Of a stretch of DNA of 64,000 nucleotides, positions 37,811 through 51,007 are shown one piece after another. Source of the stretch: Octopus sinensis (taxonomy: Eukaryota). The notes under the pieces were generated by a model, which saw only the letters and a program-made list of their open reading frames with translations, did no database searches and had not been told where the DNA came from. The stretch covers positions 165,354,001 to 165,418,000 of the forward strand of contig NC_042997.1 in assembly GCF_006345805.1 (NCBI RefSeq), written 5' to 3'. The position numbers and the translations under genes were made by a program. Numbering within the stretch: position 1 is the first letter of the stretch; every line of letters starts with the position of its first letter.

Positions 37811-38797
37811 CAGTCTGTTATATATTTTGAGTATTGTTATCCCTTGCGATATCAAGATATAACTTTGTATTTTGTATTTTATGTGTAGATGTATATAAAT
37901 AGAGGTACATGTTATATGTACACACATATATACATGCACTAGCACTATGACCCGGCAACGACGGGTCATAATGCTAGTACATATATAAGATTATAATGCG
38001 GATTATTATAATGAGTGTAAAATAGTTCATTATAAGCTTTGAAAAAAAAACAAGTACTAATAAGCACCGGTTAACAATGATTAACTAACAATTGTAATAC
38101 GTTGCGTTGTTCAGATATTGTAGAATATTAGAGACCACTCATAATTCTAAAAAATTTTCTTAGAATTTTATTTACAATTTGTATAATATCGTAAGAAATA
38201 TATAAACAAAAATGACATTTATATCGAACTGGGAAGCCCAGTAAGAATTAATATGTTCGATTAGAATTAAATCTGTGGTGATTGACTTAATTTCCATGAC
38301 ACTAATAGTATAATTTTCATATTAGCAACTAGAATCAATTCGTGGCTTATAAGAACAACTCTTAGTGTTATATAACGAATAATTAAAGAAGATCACTTAA
38401 TGGTTCAGCTGAGTGTATCGACATAAGATTATTGTAAGCATTGTTTGTATATGTTGATGTAGTTTTTCAAAGTTTTTGTTTGTATTTACCATTCATAGAG
38501 TTACATTAAATTTTTGGATGTTAGACTCGACTCGTTGACCAGTTTAACACACCCCTTTAGCAGAGTCATTATGGATGTAGGCTTTCAAGCCTGTTAGTCT
38601 TCCGGTCTGAGGTTATTTCCCTACTTCACAGCAGTCTAGCCAAGCCCTTGAAAAAAAGTAGTCATTCAGTGTTTAATGTTATATAGAAGTAAAATTAATA
38701 AAATGCTACAGCTCATTATTTTGGGAAGATGGTGAATGAGAGACAATGTGAGTGGATGTAGTTATTTATTTATCATTATTGGTGGCTTCACTAATGT

Positions 38798-39418
38798 GGT
38801 GAGCTGGCAGACTTGTTGGCGAATCGGACAAAATGCTTAGCTGCAATTCTCCCGGCTCTTTACGACCAAGCTTCAAATTCAAAGTCGACGTTGCTTTTAC
38901 TTGCCTACTAGGACCGATGTAATCGACTAACTCAAATTTCTGGTGTTCTACGATAATTTGAAACCATTATCAGTGTCTTCGTTATTTTCTGTTTGTTTAA
39001 GGCAGTGAGTTGGCAGAATTTCTAACACGCTGAACAAAATGCTAGACTTCATTTCGTCTGTCAGTACGTTCTGAGTTCAAATACCGCCAAAGTTGAGCTT
39101 GCCTTTCATCCTGTCGGGGTTGATAAAATAAGTTCCAATTAAGCACTGGGGTCAATGTATTCGGCTTCCCTCGAAATTGCTGGCCTTATACCAAAATTTG
39201 AAACCAAAGGCAGCGAACTGGCAGAATTACCGCGCCGGGCAAAATGCTAAGCAGTATTTCGTCCGTCCTTATGTTCTGAGTTCAAAATCCGCTGTGGCCA
39301 GCTTTGCCTTTCATCCATTTCAGGGTCGATAAAATAAGTACCGGTTGAGCACTGGGGTTGATGTGATCGACTTAACTCCAACCCCAAAATTTCAGGCCTG
39401 TAGTAGAAAGGATTATTT
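38798..39418 (+). mobile_element. Cluster of S1 SINE copies
   Basis: Three successive gagctggcaga/gttcaaa/tttcatcc units. Confidence 0.8.
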
Positions 39419-39940
39419 TTGTAATAAACATAATTTCTCTGAATCTTGTCTCTTCTATGAATTACTATATAATAATCCATGCTAGTCGCCAGATCAGCAA
39501 TAGATTCTCTATGCAATCGTTCAATCTGTAAGAAAAATTTCCCCCAATCTGGCACCTTGAATTATAACGAATAAGATGAAGGCACATGGCTTTGTGGTTA
39601 GGATGTTGGGATCATGATCATAGGATATCGGGCTTGTTTGCTGGATCAGGTGGTGCGTCGTGTCCTCAAGTAAGGCACTTTATATCACATTGCCCTATCA
39701 TATATAGCTGAAAAAAACAAACAAACAAATAAACAAAAAACTGCCTGCTGGTGTAGATACTTCTCCCACCGTCTGTCAAATTCTGGATATCTTGCTGGGT
39801 CAAAGCGCGAAGGCACTGAAATAGAGCCTGCTTGCTAGGGACAACAGGTGCAGCTATAAGAATTAATGAAAGTATGACACGTGCTCCTAAACCATTCTAG
39901 ATTCCGAGAGACGATCGTAACTTTTAATCTCTGATATATA

Positions 39941-40172
39941 CGAGAGAGTACTGAAAAATTACTGGCTTGGAGGGTATCGCGAAAGTCTTGACTGGAGGCC
40001 CAACCAACCCTCCGAATTCTTTTACAGGGCTTAGAAAAACTGGAGGACCGTTGTAATGTGTGTGAATCTGAGAGGGAAATATGTTGAATAAAATCATAAT
40101 TAACTGATCCTCCTATATTTTTATTTTACCCAAAGCTAGGAACTTTTCAGCACACCTTTGTAAGTACATATA

Positions 40173-40203
<31 letters not shown>

Positions 40204-40351
40204 ATACACGAGCGGGTGCTGAAAAATTATTGTGTCTAAAGGTTTCACGAAAGGCCTAGTTGGAGGCCCAACCTTCCGAGTTCTTTTACAAGGCTTAGAA
40301 AAACTGAAGGACTGTTGCAAAAAGTGTGTGAATCTTTTCAGCATCCCCTCG
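39941..40351. mobile_element. Two mariner-derived MITEs (39941-40160 and 40209-40351)
   Basis: Imperfect TIRs cgag..gtgctgaaaa / ttttcagca..ctcg; shared internal ggaggcccaacc and ggcttagaaaaactg. Confidence 0.7.
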
Positions 40352-40353
40352 TA

Positions 40354-40418
<65 letters not shown>

Positions 40419-40522
40419 TGGTGTGTGGTGTGTGTGCAGTGTGTGTGTGTGGTGTGTGTGCAGTGTGTGTGTGTGGTGTGTGTGCAGTGTGTGTGTGTGG
40501 TGTGTGTGCAGTGTGTGTGTGT
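40352..40522. repeat. (TG)n with a repeated ggtgtgtgtgcagtgtgtgtgt unit
   Basis: Seen directly. Confidence 0.9.
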
Positions 40523-41157
40523 GAACAAAAACACATCTATAGGAAGAAGCGTAATATGACCAATGATTTATATCATCCGATAGTTTGGTCCATAGAGTGC
40601 TCTCTCTCTCTCTCTTTCTCTCTGTTACTAATTAGCTACATATAAATTCTTCATCCAAATTAAAATCTGGTATTATTTGACGCGTACAATTATATCTAAA
40701 GTGTACAATTTTGTAATTCCTATTTGCAAATGGAACATGTTTCGAGCTGGTCTCTTGAGATTTTACAACTTGTTTGTTGCAAGTCAGTAACATTTGGTCG
40801 CTTTGTTTACAATATATTGCCGGCTGGAACGGACCCTGGCTATCGCTCTGGCGATTAGGTACTCGCGACTGAAGATGTGCCAACCAGCTTGAAACTGAGT
40901 ATGTCTCGCGATCCCGTTGTCTGCTAGAGGATGGAAGGGGTTCGCTCCCTCTGCGAGCAATATATATCTGTATATAGTGTGCAGCGCCGCACCGATAACC
41001 AGCTGGTGGGAGATCTGCCCGGAGTTAAACTAGTAGTAACATGGAACAGCCACTTTGATGTGGGAATTAACTTTACTTGCTAGTATAGTTACTACTCTGG
41101 TCTCTTCTTGAGATTTTAAAACTATACATACACACACACTCATACAAATATATTCTC

Positions 41158-41530
41158 TTTACTCTTTTACTCTTTTACTTGTTTCAGTCATTTGACTGCG
41201 GCCATGCTGGAGCACCACCTTTAATCGAGCAATTCGACCCCGAGACTTATTCTTTGTAAGCCTAATACTTATTCTATCGGTCTCTTTTGCCGAACCGCTA
41301 AGTGACGGGGACATAAACACACCAGCATCGGTTGTCAAGCAAGACACAGAAACATACACGCACACACACATATATATACATATATACGACGGGCTTCTTT
41401 CAGTTTCTGTCTACCAAATCCACTCACAAGGCTATAGTAGAAGACACTTGCCCAAGGTGCTACGCAATGGGACTGAACCCGGAACCATGTGATTGGTAAA
41501 CAAGCTACTTACCACACAGCCACTCCTGCG
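41158..41530 (-). mobile_element. SINE S2, near full length
   Basis: Minus-strand head gcaggagtggctgtgtggtaagtagc...ggttcagtccc. Confidence 0.88.
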
Positions 41531-41617
<87 letters not shown>

Positions 41618-41643
41618 TTATATATATATATTTATTTATATAT

Positions 41644-42032
41644 ATATATAAGTGAAGTTGTGTGTCTGTCTCCTACGATTTAGATTCCTAACTACTCCCA
41701 CATTTTGCGGTGCAGTTTAACCAAACCGGGTATCTTATAGTCGTGATTCATATCGAGCCCTTCTGGGTATTAGCGCGCGTCTACGATGAGTCTACGATTA
41801 AAAAAAAAAAATTACCATCATTTTTTTCCATTTTAATGCATTTTTTCGCTATTATATAAGGGAAGTAACTCTCTAAAAATGTCTACGATGAGTCAACGAT
41901 TTAAAAAAGATTTACCATAATTTTTTTTCCATTTTTAATGCATTTTTTTGCTATTTTTTGGCTATAACTTTCTAAAAATGGTTATATAGTTATTTCCCTT
42001 ACAAACCCGAGCAACGCCGGGCGATACTGCTA

Positions 42033-42033
<1 letters not shown>
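41644..42033 (+). mobile_element. Non-autonomous Helitron inserted in (TA)n
   Basis: Ends cccgagcaacgccgggcgatactgCTAG|t. Internal ~100-bp tandem duplication starting gtctacgatgagtc. Confidence 0.85.
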
Positions 42034-42092
<59 letters not shown>

Positions 42093-42255
42093 ATATGTAA
42101 TTGAACCGTTTCATGAATGTTTCGTTTATTTAATCATTGTTAACCGGTGCTTACTAGTACTTGTTTTCAAAACTTATAATGAACTATTTTACACTCATTA
42201 TAATAATCCGCATCATAATCTTCAACGTAAAACAACAGCAACAACAACAACGGTA

Positions 42256-43400
42256 ATTACTTTATTTGCCACAAGGGCAGCGTATGAGAAGACAATACAA
42301 GAACAAATTACAAAACAGTAATGTTTTACGGAGAATCGGTTATAATGAAAAAAATAACTGGATACAAAAGGAATAAAATGAAACGTCTTTACAGTGGGAA
42401 AGGCGGCTATGTAGGGCCAATCAATACACCCCATAGATCCAAAATTAACCTAACTATCGAAAGTAAATGTCCTTTCCCAGATGTTTTCTCTGATATGCTG
42501 GTGATGCTGTGGATAGGCCTGCACTCAGACTATATTCGCCACTATCCCCACCTGTCAAAAATTTAATAAAAGGCAGTATCTTTATTCCTCACCCTTAGCA
42601 TACACTCTAAATGAAGTTAATGAGGGATCGGTCGAAGAGGAAAGTATCTATTTTTAGTCATAACAAAGTTCGCCGAAGTCACCAGAAAAGAAATTTTCCA
42701 TTTCCAGTAAAAAAATTTTTTAAAAAAGGCGATGGGGTGATCCACACCATGGATTTGACTGACGGCTGGATCCGTCCTACCTACAACATCAATAACTATT
42801 TGACATAACTTCACATGTCAGCAATCTTCGGACAGTGTAGAATTTTTCCCAAACTGGCAATTCACCAAAAACGTTGCTAAATTAAGTATTTCTAGAAGTT
42901 GTCCCTTGTCTCCAAGGTTAAATTTTTCCGGCAGAGGCAATTGGTTTGGTTTCCAGCGGTGACTATAGTATCCCTAAGAACGACATCTCTCCTGCTCAAC
43001 GCCAACCTTCTATTGAATGCAAGCTACTTACTGCATTACCCAACATGTAGAGAGCTATAAGCACTTGACTTTCCACGTAGATCTTGTTCTTAGACTGATA
43101 TAAGGCTACACATCCATCAGAGACGATTTGTACACCGACTATTCATGCTCGCTGACCAAGAACTTCTGTAAATACCAGTTTCAATGCATGCATCATCAAC
43201 TACAAATAGCGCCCTCTGCTCAAAGGGTGTTGGCAGCACGAGAAGTGAAAGGGTAGGTGATTCAAACTGACCAAGTAAAAATAGTAAAGGTGGTGATATA
43301 TATGTTGGTCATCTGTATCTGATCTTACAGAGGTAGCTTCCTCTCAATGCATTTCTGAATGAGACTAGCTACACTGCACGTTCCGAATCATACCTTAAGT
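42256..43400 (-). mobile_element. Degenerate L1/Tx1-like LINE 3' portion
   Basis: Minus-strand 3' end gcccttgtggcaaataaa followed by a (GTT)-rich tract; decayed coding-like composition upstream. Confidence 0.45.
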
Positions 43401-43770
43401 ACCTTATCAGTATTTAGGTCCAGTGACTTACAACGCAGTACCGAGTTTCAAATCCGCCATCATTTCTTGGTTAATGCGTGTGTCTGTTACAACTTCGTAT
43501 TTTCACTGTAGAGTGTCAGTCATCACCTCGATGTCCATAATGTCCGACACTTTTGCGGTGATGTTTTCTGCGTATGCAGATACGGCCGTCTCACGTAAAA
43601 TTTCGAGTGGGAAGCATTTCAACAACACTGGCTTCTGCAATAATAGCTCGAAATCAAAACTGGACCAGAATTATGCGACAGAACACCCTAATTATAATAA
43701 TCCTACTTACTTTTTCAAAACCATGTATCCATTTTTTTACTTTCATTTCTCAATATCTTATAAACAAAGA

Positions 43771-44400
43771 CAGCGAGCTGGCAGAATTGTTAGTACGCCG
43801 GACAAAATGCTTAGAGGCATTTCGTCCGTCTTCATGTTTTGAGTACAAATTTCGCCGGGGTCGACTTTGCCTTTTCGGGATCATTGTAATCGGGGTCAAT
43901 GTAATCAACTTGTTCCTCTCCTGAATTTACTGGCCTTGTGCCAAAATCTGAAACCAATAAGAAGGCGGCGAGCTGGCAGAAGCGTTAGTACGCCGGGCGA
44001 AATGCTTAGCGGTATTTCATATGCAGTTACGTTCTGAGTTCAAATTCCGCCGAGGTCGATTTTGCTTTTCATCCTTTTGGGGTCAATAAATTAAGTACCA
44101 GTTGTGTATTGGGTCGATCTAATCGACTGGCCCCCTCCCCAAAAATTTCAGGCCTTGTGCCTAGAGCAGAAAAGAATCGTTAGCACGCCAGACGAAATTC
44201 TGCTAAGCATTTCGTCCGTCTTTACTTCCTGAGTTCAAATTCCGCCAAAGTTGACTTTGTCTTTCATCCTTTTGGGGTCAATAAAATAAGTACAGGAGTC
44301 GATGTAATTGACTTTGTCCTTCCCCTGAGCTTGCTAGCCTTGTGCCAAAATTGGAAACCAATATTTCATAACCAAGATGCTGATAATTGGCAGAATCGTC
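43771..44400 (+). mobile_element. Tandem cluster of S1 SINEs
   Basis: Three to four head-to-tail units. Confidence 0.85.
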
Positions 44401-45065
44401 ACAACTTCACGATCATTTTCCCAAAATCGATTAAAAATAATAACTGGTAAGTGTAGACAATAGATCGATATAATCGACTATACCTTTCCCTTCAAATGTG
44501 TGATTTTACACCATTGTTAGAAATCAATTCCTTATAACCAGGTCATTTAAAACAGTAAATACAATAATTAGTCAGACGACTTTAATGTTATTTCTGCTAA
44601 ATGTTTAAAAAATAAAATAAAATAAAAGCAAATCTATAATCAAAAAAAGATTTACACGATAAATTGGTTGGATTCATCATAATAGGTGAACATTATTTAA
44701 ATCAAGATTGATATTAATTACATGTTTAGTATGATTACTGAGATTAAGGCTTTAAATACCAGACAAGATATGTTAACGTTTAGTAAACGTGCAAATATTC
44801 ATACAACTTGTAAAAAGAACATTTCAAAGAGCATACTAAAAGATCAGTAAGTGTCTAATTAATAGTCACACATTAACATAATGTCTTGATTTTAATCTAC
44901 TTCCCTTGTTAATGTTGTTGACTGGTTACAAATAAAAGTTCTGAGTTGGTTAATTTGATTTTAACCTACATGGATAAAAACTAAAACAAAAGCTTAGTCT
45001 ATTGCCGGGTCACAACAATCTGGTCATTGGTTACACTTGCCGGATTCTATTCTATTGTGATGGAA

Positions 45066-45310
45066 TCGTGTGGCGTAGCTTAATGGTTAGGTCGTTGGAC
45101 TCATGATAGTAAGATTGTCGTTTCCATTCCTGAACTGGACGACACGTTGTGTTTTTGAGCAAAACACTTCATTTCCCGTTGCTCCTGTCCACTCACCTGG
45201 TAAAAATGAGTAATCCTGCGACGGACCGGCGCCCCGTCCAGTTAGGGAATATATACGCGATCGAAATCGGGAAACCGGCCTACAAGTTTAAATGACTCAG
45301 GAAGGAACTC
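45066..45310 (+). mobile_element. SINE, head B + tail 1
   Basis: Body like 16719-17047; tail ctgcgacggaccggcgccccgtccag...gaaaccggcc like 10110. Confidence 0.75.
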
Positions 45311-45460
45311 TACGTATTTTACTATTCTATTGCAACCAGTCGGACTAGTCCATCAGTCTGAAAACCCAACGTGTCCATGTACAGTTACCTGCTACATTAA
45401 CTCATGTTAGTAGTTCCTTCCTCCATCTATCAACCTCGGTAGCTCTTCTGACTAAACCAT

Positions 45461-45525
<65 letters not shown>

Positions 45526-45526
<1 letters not shown>

Positions 45527-46307
45527 TAGCAGCATAGCTCGGCGTTGCCCGGGTATGTAAGAGCCCCCTAGTAGGCAACGACTAATCCCAATCTAGTCCT
45601 TTCCCTCTAGGGAACGAAGGCGCATGTGTAGGTTGCAATGTCTTCTCTTCACTCCTAAATAACTATCAAACAGCTATCGATAATTCAACCCAACCAATTC
45701 CTACCAGGAAGAAATTACATTCGAGACTTTACCCCCAACACCGCCACTTCTGCTAATAGCTGCTGCAGCCGCAAGTTATTCGAATACTTTTTTGTTTACA
45801 CTTTCTTTATAACTACCACCCCAAACGTTTTACCTTAAATTTTTGATGTACCCTAAAGGTCCTCGGACGCTACTTGCAAACTCTTGGTTTATTATAAACC
45901 GCTTTTGTCATGTGCATCAAAAAACCTTTTCCATTCGTTTGTTCAGTTTGGTCACTTTTGACTTTTTCGTTGTTGTCACTCACATTGCTGCCCGCTTTTT
46001 TGCCGTTTTTGTACATTTTTATACATTTTGGGATACTTACCCCACGTGTTCCGAGAGTTAAAAAGGTCGAGTTGCGTCCCCTAGACAGTCTGTAGAAAAT
46101 GTGTTGCATATAAAAAGTTTAGATTCTCGACCCATGTCGAATTTATCGATTTTTTTTCAGAACTGGGGGAACTTTTCAAAATTTTCGCTGCGTTAGTTTT
46201 GAATTATGACATTGGGCTATGTGTGTGTCAAGTTTCACCAGAATCGGTTGAAAGCCGTGGTCAGGGTGAGGGTACAACCTGACAGACACACAGACAGACA
46301 AACTGCC

Positions 46308-46320
<13 letters not shown>
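45526..46320 (-). mobile_element. Non-autonomous Helitron between (TA)n tracts
   Basis: Minus-strand end cccgggcaacgccgagctatgctgCTAG|t; Helitron-like 5' end tatataaacggcagtttgtctgtctg. Confidence 0.85.
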
Positions 46321-46355
<35 letters not shown>

Positions 46356-46984
46356 CAATGGTGAACTAAACAAAAGATTTGATTAAACTACTCTAAAGTC
46401 ACAAATCTGATGGAGTTAATACTGAAATAATGATTTAGTGATTTAAATAAAATATATTAGACTCATAAGTAATTATAATTATAATGTTGTACGGAGCAGA
46501 ATGTGAAGGCTCATGGGTTAGTGGTTAGAGTGTCGGGCTTACAATTAGTGAGTCCGATTCCCCGAGTGGGCAGTGTGTTTTGTTCTTGAGCAAGAAAGTA
46601 GAGCCAGAAGAAATGCTGCTAGGGATTTTTCCAGTCCTATAACAGTTCAGCCACCTTGCTCTCTCTCTCTATATATATATATGATTAGCTTACAGCTGTT
46701 TCTGCTATAAAATGCAGTGGACTCATAGCTAAGTGCTTGAGTAACTAACACCTTATAGTTTCATCGGACCCTCGAATATGATGTAAGGTGGCGAGCTGGC
46801 AGAATCGTTAGCACGTCGGGCGAAATGCTTGACGGCATTTCGTCTGCCGTTACTTTCAAGTTCAAATTCCGCCGAGGTCTACTTAATTAACAACAGCAAC
46901 TATCACGACTCCAAGTAGTAGTAGTAAGACATTTCTCCTATGGCATCACTTTCAATAACACATCTATATGGATTTTTTTAATCC

Positions 46985-47830
46985 TCAAGACATTTTTAAC
47001 ATCTCAAGGCTCAAATGTTTCAGAAAAAAAAATACAATTTCAAAAGAAATTGTATAGTTCATAGTTCTATATAAAACTTCCAGCCATCTTGCAGGTTTCA
47101 AAATCGCCGTGGAATTTCCACAGCTATGACAAATATTCATTATTGGGAATTCTCTTTCTACCTCTGCAGAGCTCGGAGCAACGGTATTCATTCTATCTTT
47201 AGTTATTCGCACTGTTAGTGAATTCTCATGATTATGATAATTTCGAGTAATATTTTCTACATGAATGCGGGAATCCTTAACACAGATTTACAGAATTCGT
47301 GTTAATCTTTCTTTTAGCTGCTTTCATATGAAAAAAGGCATTCATCAGTATTCCAAGAATCTGGTTTAGCAACATTTACCAATTCGTGAATTCTATTGTT
47401 AATTTCTTTACATATATTGCTTGATGTTGCGTTATCACAATCCGAACACACTGCTTTCGTAGCTTTTAATTCTACATTCAGTAATTCTTTCTGTGGAAGA
47501 TTTAGAAAAATCCTGCTTTTAATAAATTTTAGCTTAAAAAAAAAAAAAAAGGTTTCGTCTCTTTTCTTTTCATACTCTTTCTGATAATTTCGGATTCTGT
47601 TATTTATTTATTTATTTATTTCAATTCGTAATTCCTGAAATGTCTTTCTTGAAGTTGTTTTAAGAGAAAGGAAGTCCTTACTTTGTCTATCAATATGGCT
47701 ATATCTTCCAGAAAATATTTGTTGGAAATATGGTTAATCATTACTTCATATTTTTCGTTTGTAGGATAAAAACAATGCTGCATAAGTTCACCAAATTGTT
47801 GCAACTATGAATTTAAATTTCAAGCAATCC
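46985..47830 (-). mobile_element. Degenerate hAT-like transposase fragment
   Basis: TVAPSSAEVEREFPIMNI resembles the hAT dimerisation motif SxAxxERxFSxMN. Confidence 0.55.
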
Positions 47831-47854
47831 ATTTTGGTTTGAAAGTATTTAATA

Positions 47855-48200
47855 GTGGTTTCAAATTTTAGCACAAGACCGGCAAATTTGAGGGGATGAG
47901 GAAGTCGATTACACCGACCCCAGTGCTCAACTAGTACTTATTTTATCGACCTTAAAAAGATGAAAGACAAAGTCGACCTCGCAGAATTTGAACTCGGATC
48001 GTTGAGATGGACAAGATGCTGCGAAGAATTTTGTTCGGCATGCTAAAGATTCTGCCAGCTTGCTACCTTGAAAACAACTAATATTGGGTCGAAATTTGTT
48101 TCAAATTTTGGCACAAGGCCAGCAAGTTCATGAGGATGGTTAAATCGATTAAAACGACCCACCTGTTCAGCTGGTACTTATTTTATCGACCCCGAAAGCG
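47855..48200 (-). mobile_element. S1 SINE fragments
   Basis: gtacttattttatcgacc...gaatttgaactc. Confidence 0.75.
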
Positions 48201-48790
48201 ACTGGAATTTCGCTCCCACTTTCTCCCTAAATGTTAAAACTAATGTAGGTAAGAAATTTCTGGCTCCTTTAGGTAAGCATTTCCCAATAAACCATAAATC
48301 CAGCAAGATTTTTTAATAGGCGCTCCATAAAAATATCATACAGTTGCCACTCCAGCATGAAGAACATCGTTATAAGCATCACCAAAAGCCCACTTCCATT
48401 TGTAACTGTCGAGATCCTGAAGCTTGCTCACTTGACCAGACGTGTATGATAAAATCTGTCATCTATGAGGCAGAAACAGCCACAGTAATAGAAAAGAAAA
48501 GTTACATCAGTTTATGCGGAGGAAATTTTAAAAGATGTTAGGCAAACCACCAGTCTTCTTTTCAGTACATCGACAAATGTAAAGCTACTAAGTTGATTAT
48601 CCACGTAATGGAGTTTGAATACGAACTGCACACCACATGCAATCAAGTGGAGAATCGTGGAGAGATGTAAATGGATCAAAGAGATACAACTTAAGCGCAG
48701 CTAAAAGATCGAACATTCTTTTTAGATAAAAGAATTTTATCACACTACTTAATTCCAGATCCAAAATTTTCAGCAAATTTTTTTCGTCGA
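48200..48790 (+). mobile_element. Penelope-like element GIY-YIG endonuclease fragment
   Basis: FSLNVKTNVGKKFL; CNCRDPEACSLDQTCMIKSVIYEA...YISLCGGNFKRC*ANHQSSF. Confidence 0.85.
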
Positions 48791-49139
48791 ACTGGAGGAT
48801 ACAACCTTCTCCGGACTGAGCAGTCGTCTCGCAGATTTTGGACTCCTCGCCGTTGAATTATCATCTAACACCTGCTAGTTTAATTATGATTTCTACGGTC
48901 AAATATATAAGTGTAAAGAAAATTTACAAACAATAAATGTTATCTCTTAATTTCGGTTTTTAATATACAAGGATAATTTGTCGTATAATAGGAATAAAAT
49001 CGTCAAAGAAGTAAAACAACTTGTGAAGGAATAACGTTTAGGGAACAAAAGTAACACATTTCATATGGAGATGAACGTTCCATATTTTATTCGCAGTGGT
49101 CTCATGAGATATTAGTTTCAACTTAAATTCAAATATATA

Positions 49140-49286
49140 TTGTATTCAGTTGTGTCTGGGGAGAGTCATTTTCTTTTTGTGCCTTATAATTTAACACACT
49201 CACCGGTAAAATTTCCACTTATTTCTTGTTTTTATTTTCGTAAAATTCTCGTTGCGTCTTGCAACCTTTTCAATAGTCTTGACTCT
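49140..49286 (-). mobile_element. Solo copy of the 28.3-kb pseudo-LTR arm
   Basis: ggggagagtcatt...gttgcgtcttgcaaccttttcaatag. Confidence 0.8.
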
Positions 49287-50851
49287 GTCTGTTATTTATT
49301 GTATTCAGTTTTTAAAATTCAGTTTTTACTGAGATACCTTCTACAAGCTAATAGCTTTTACATAGTAATTCTACAAAATCATTTTACATGCAAATTAAAA
49401 TATTACTGAGTATCAAACTTAAATAATGCCTACAGCAAATCATACATAATTAATAATGAATTAGATGCCCAAGATGGCTGTAGTCCAATTACTGAAACAA
49501 GTAAAAGCTAAAAAATAAACTGAAATTTATTTTAACGGGGAAATAACAGCCCTTTAGAAGGAGGGAAAAAACCGCCTGGGATGGAATACCAATCAATCAT
49601 AGAGTCCAGCTACAGAAGGCCAGTGCAGCACCTGTAAAATTATATATCTAAAAACAAATATAATGAATGTTTTTAAACGGTTCCAATAAATGTGATATAT
49701 AGATGCATGAAATTAAAAGTAAGGACATTCAATTTTTCTTATTTATTTGTTTTCCCTCTCATACACTTTTTCGACGAGAATTTATCATTAAAGTTAATGG
49801 ATTCCAATATGTAACACGATTTTTGTACTTGGGTAGCATCTGTTATATCCTCTTTGCTTACCCCAAAGAAAGTATGAAAATAGCTAATATTTCCTTCAAA
49901 CTTTGCTTTTCTTACATTTATTCAAACCTCAGAGTATCCCTCTCAGCACATGGCTATGATGCTCCCCCACTACTCCTGCTTATGATCAAAAATACACATG
50001 CTGTCAGCTATTAAGGGACATTCTCAAGTAGTTAGGGTCAAGTAACTGACAAGCAAATCTGTGGTATTGAGCAGAATATTTGCTATAACGATATTTCTGC
50101 TTCAGCAACTCAGCACTGAATCTGTCTGAAATGTAATGGAAAATAGGTCAGTTTCAAAACAGTGATATCCAGGTCACAAAAGCAATGTTTGAAGGAAATA
50201 ATAGTAATTTCTTTTGATTTCTAGATAGAAGCAAATAGGAAATAGCACTTACCAAAGACAGAAAAAAAAATTGTTAGTGTTTTTTTCTCGTCGTTACGGA
50301 AGTAATTTTATGAATTTAATTATTTGGGGTCTTAAACATATTCACTACATGAACTATGTTATCCTTTACGTAACCATATGAAAACAAACTTCGTTTACAT
50401 CCAAATGATGACCCACTGAAGCTGTTCAGTATTCAGAAAAGTTGACTGCTTACTTTATTTTTCGGCACGTTACTCTTAAACTGATAATCGGATGAGCGAT
50501 AATAAAGACTTAATCAACAGTAATCTGCTGGCATTACCCACTGTTAAAATTTCACTTGAAGCTATCTTGAAGAACATAAAGCCGTGATCATTTGTTAAAA
50601 AAAACTGACTTCCAAAACAGTTTCCAACGCTTAATGCTGTGGCTGTTATTGCTTTTGTTGTTGTTGCAGCTGCAGGGCTACTGTTGCTGCTTTTATACCC
50701 AGGTCAGCATAGGATGAGAAGCTTTCCAACCATAGCCATCCCGCCATTTTTCAGCTCTTGTGTACATATAGAAACACATAGTCCAACGTGTAATTAGAAA
50801 GTAATTATGTACACACATACATACAGACATGTACGTTTGTGCGTGTGCGTG

Positions 50852-51000
<149 letters not shown>

Positions 51001-51007
51001 AAGATTA

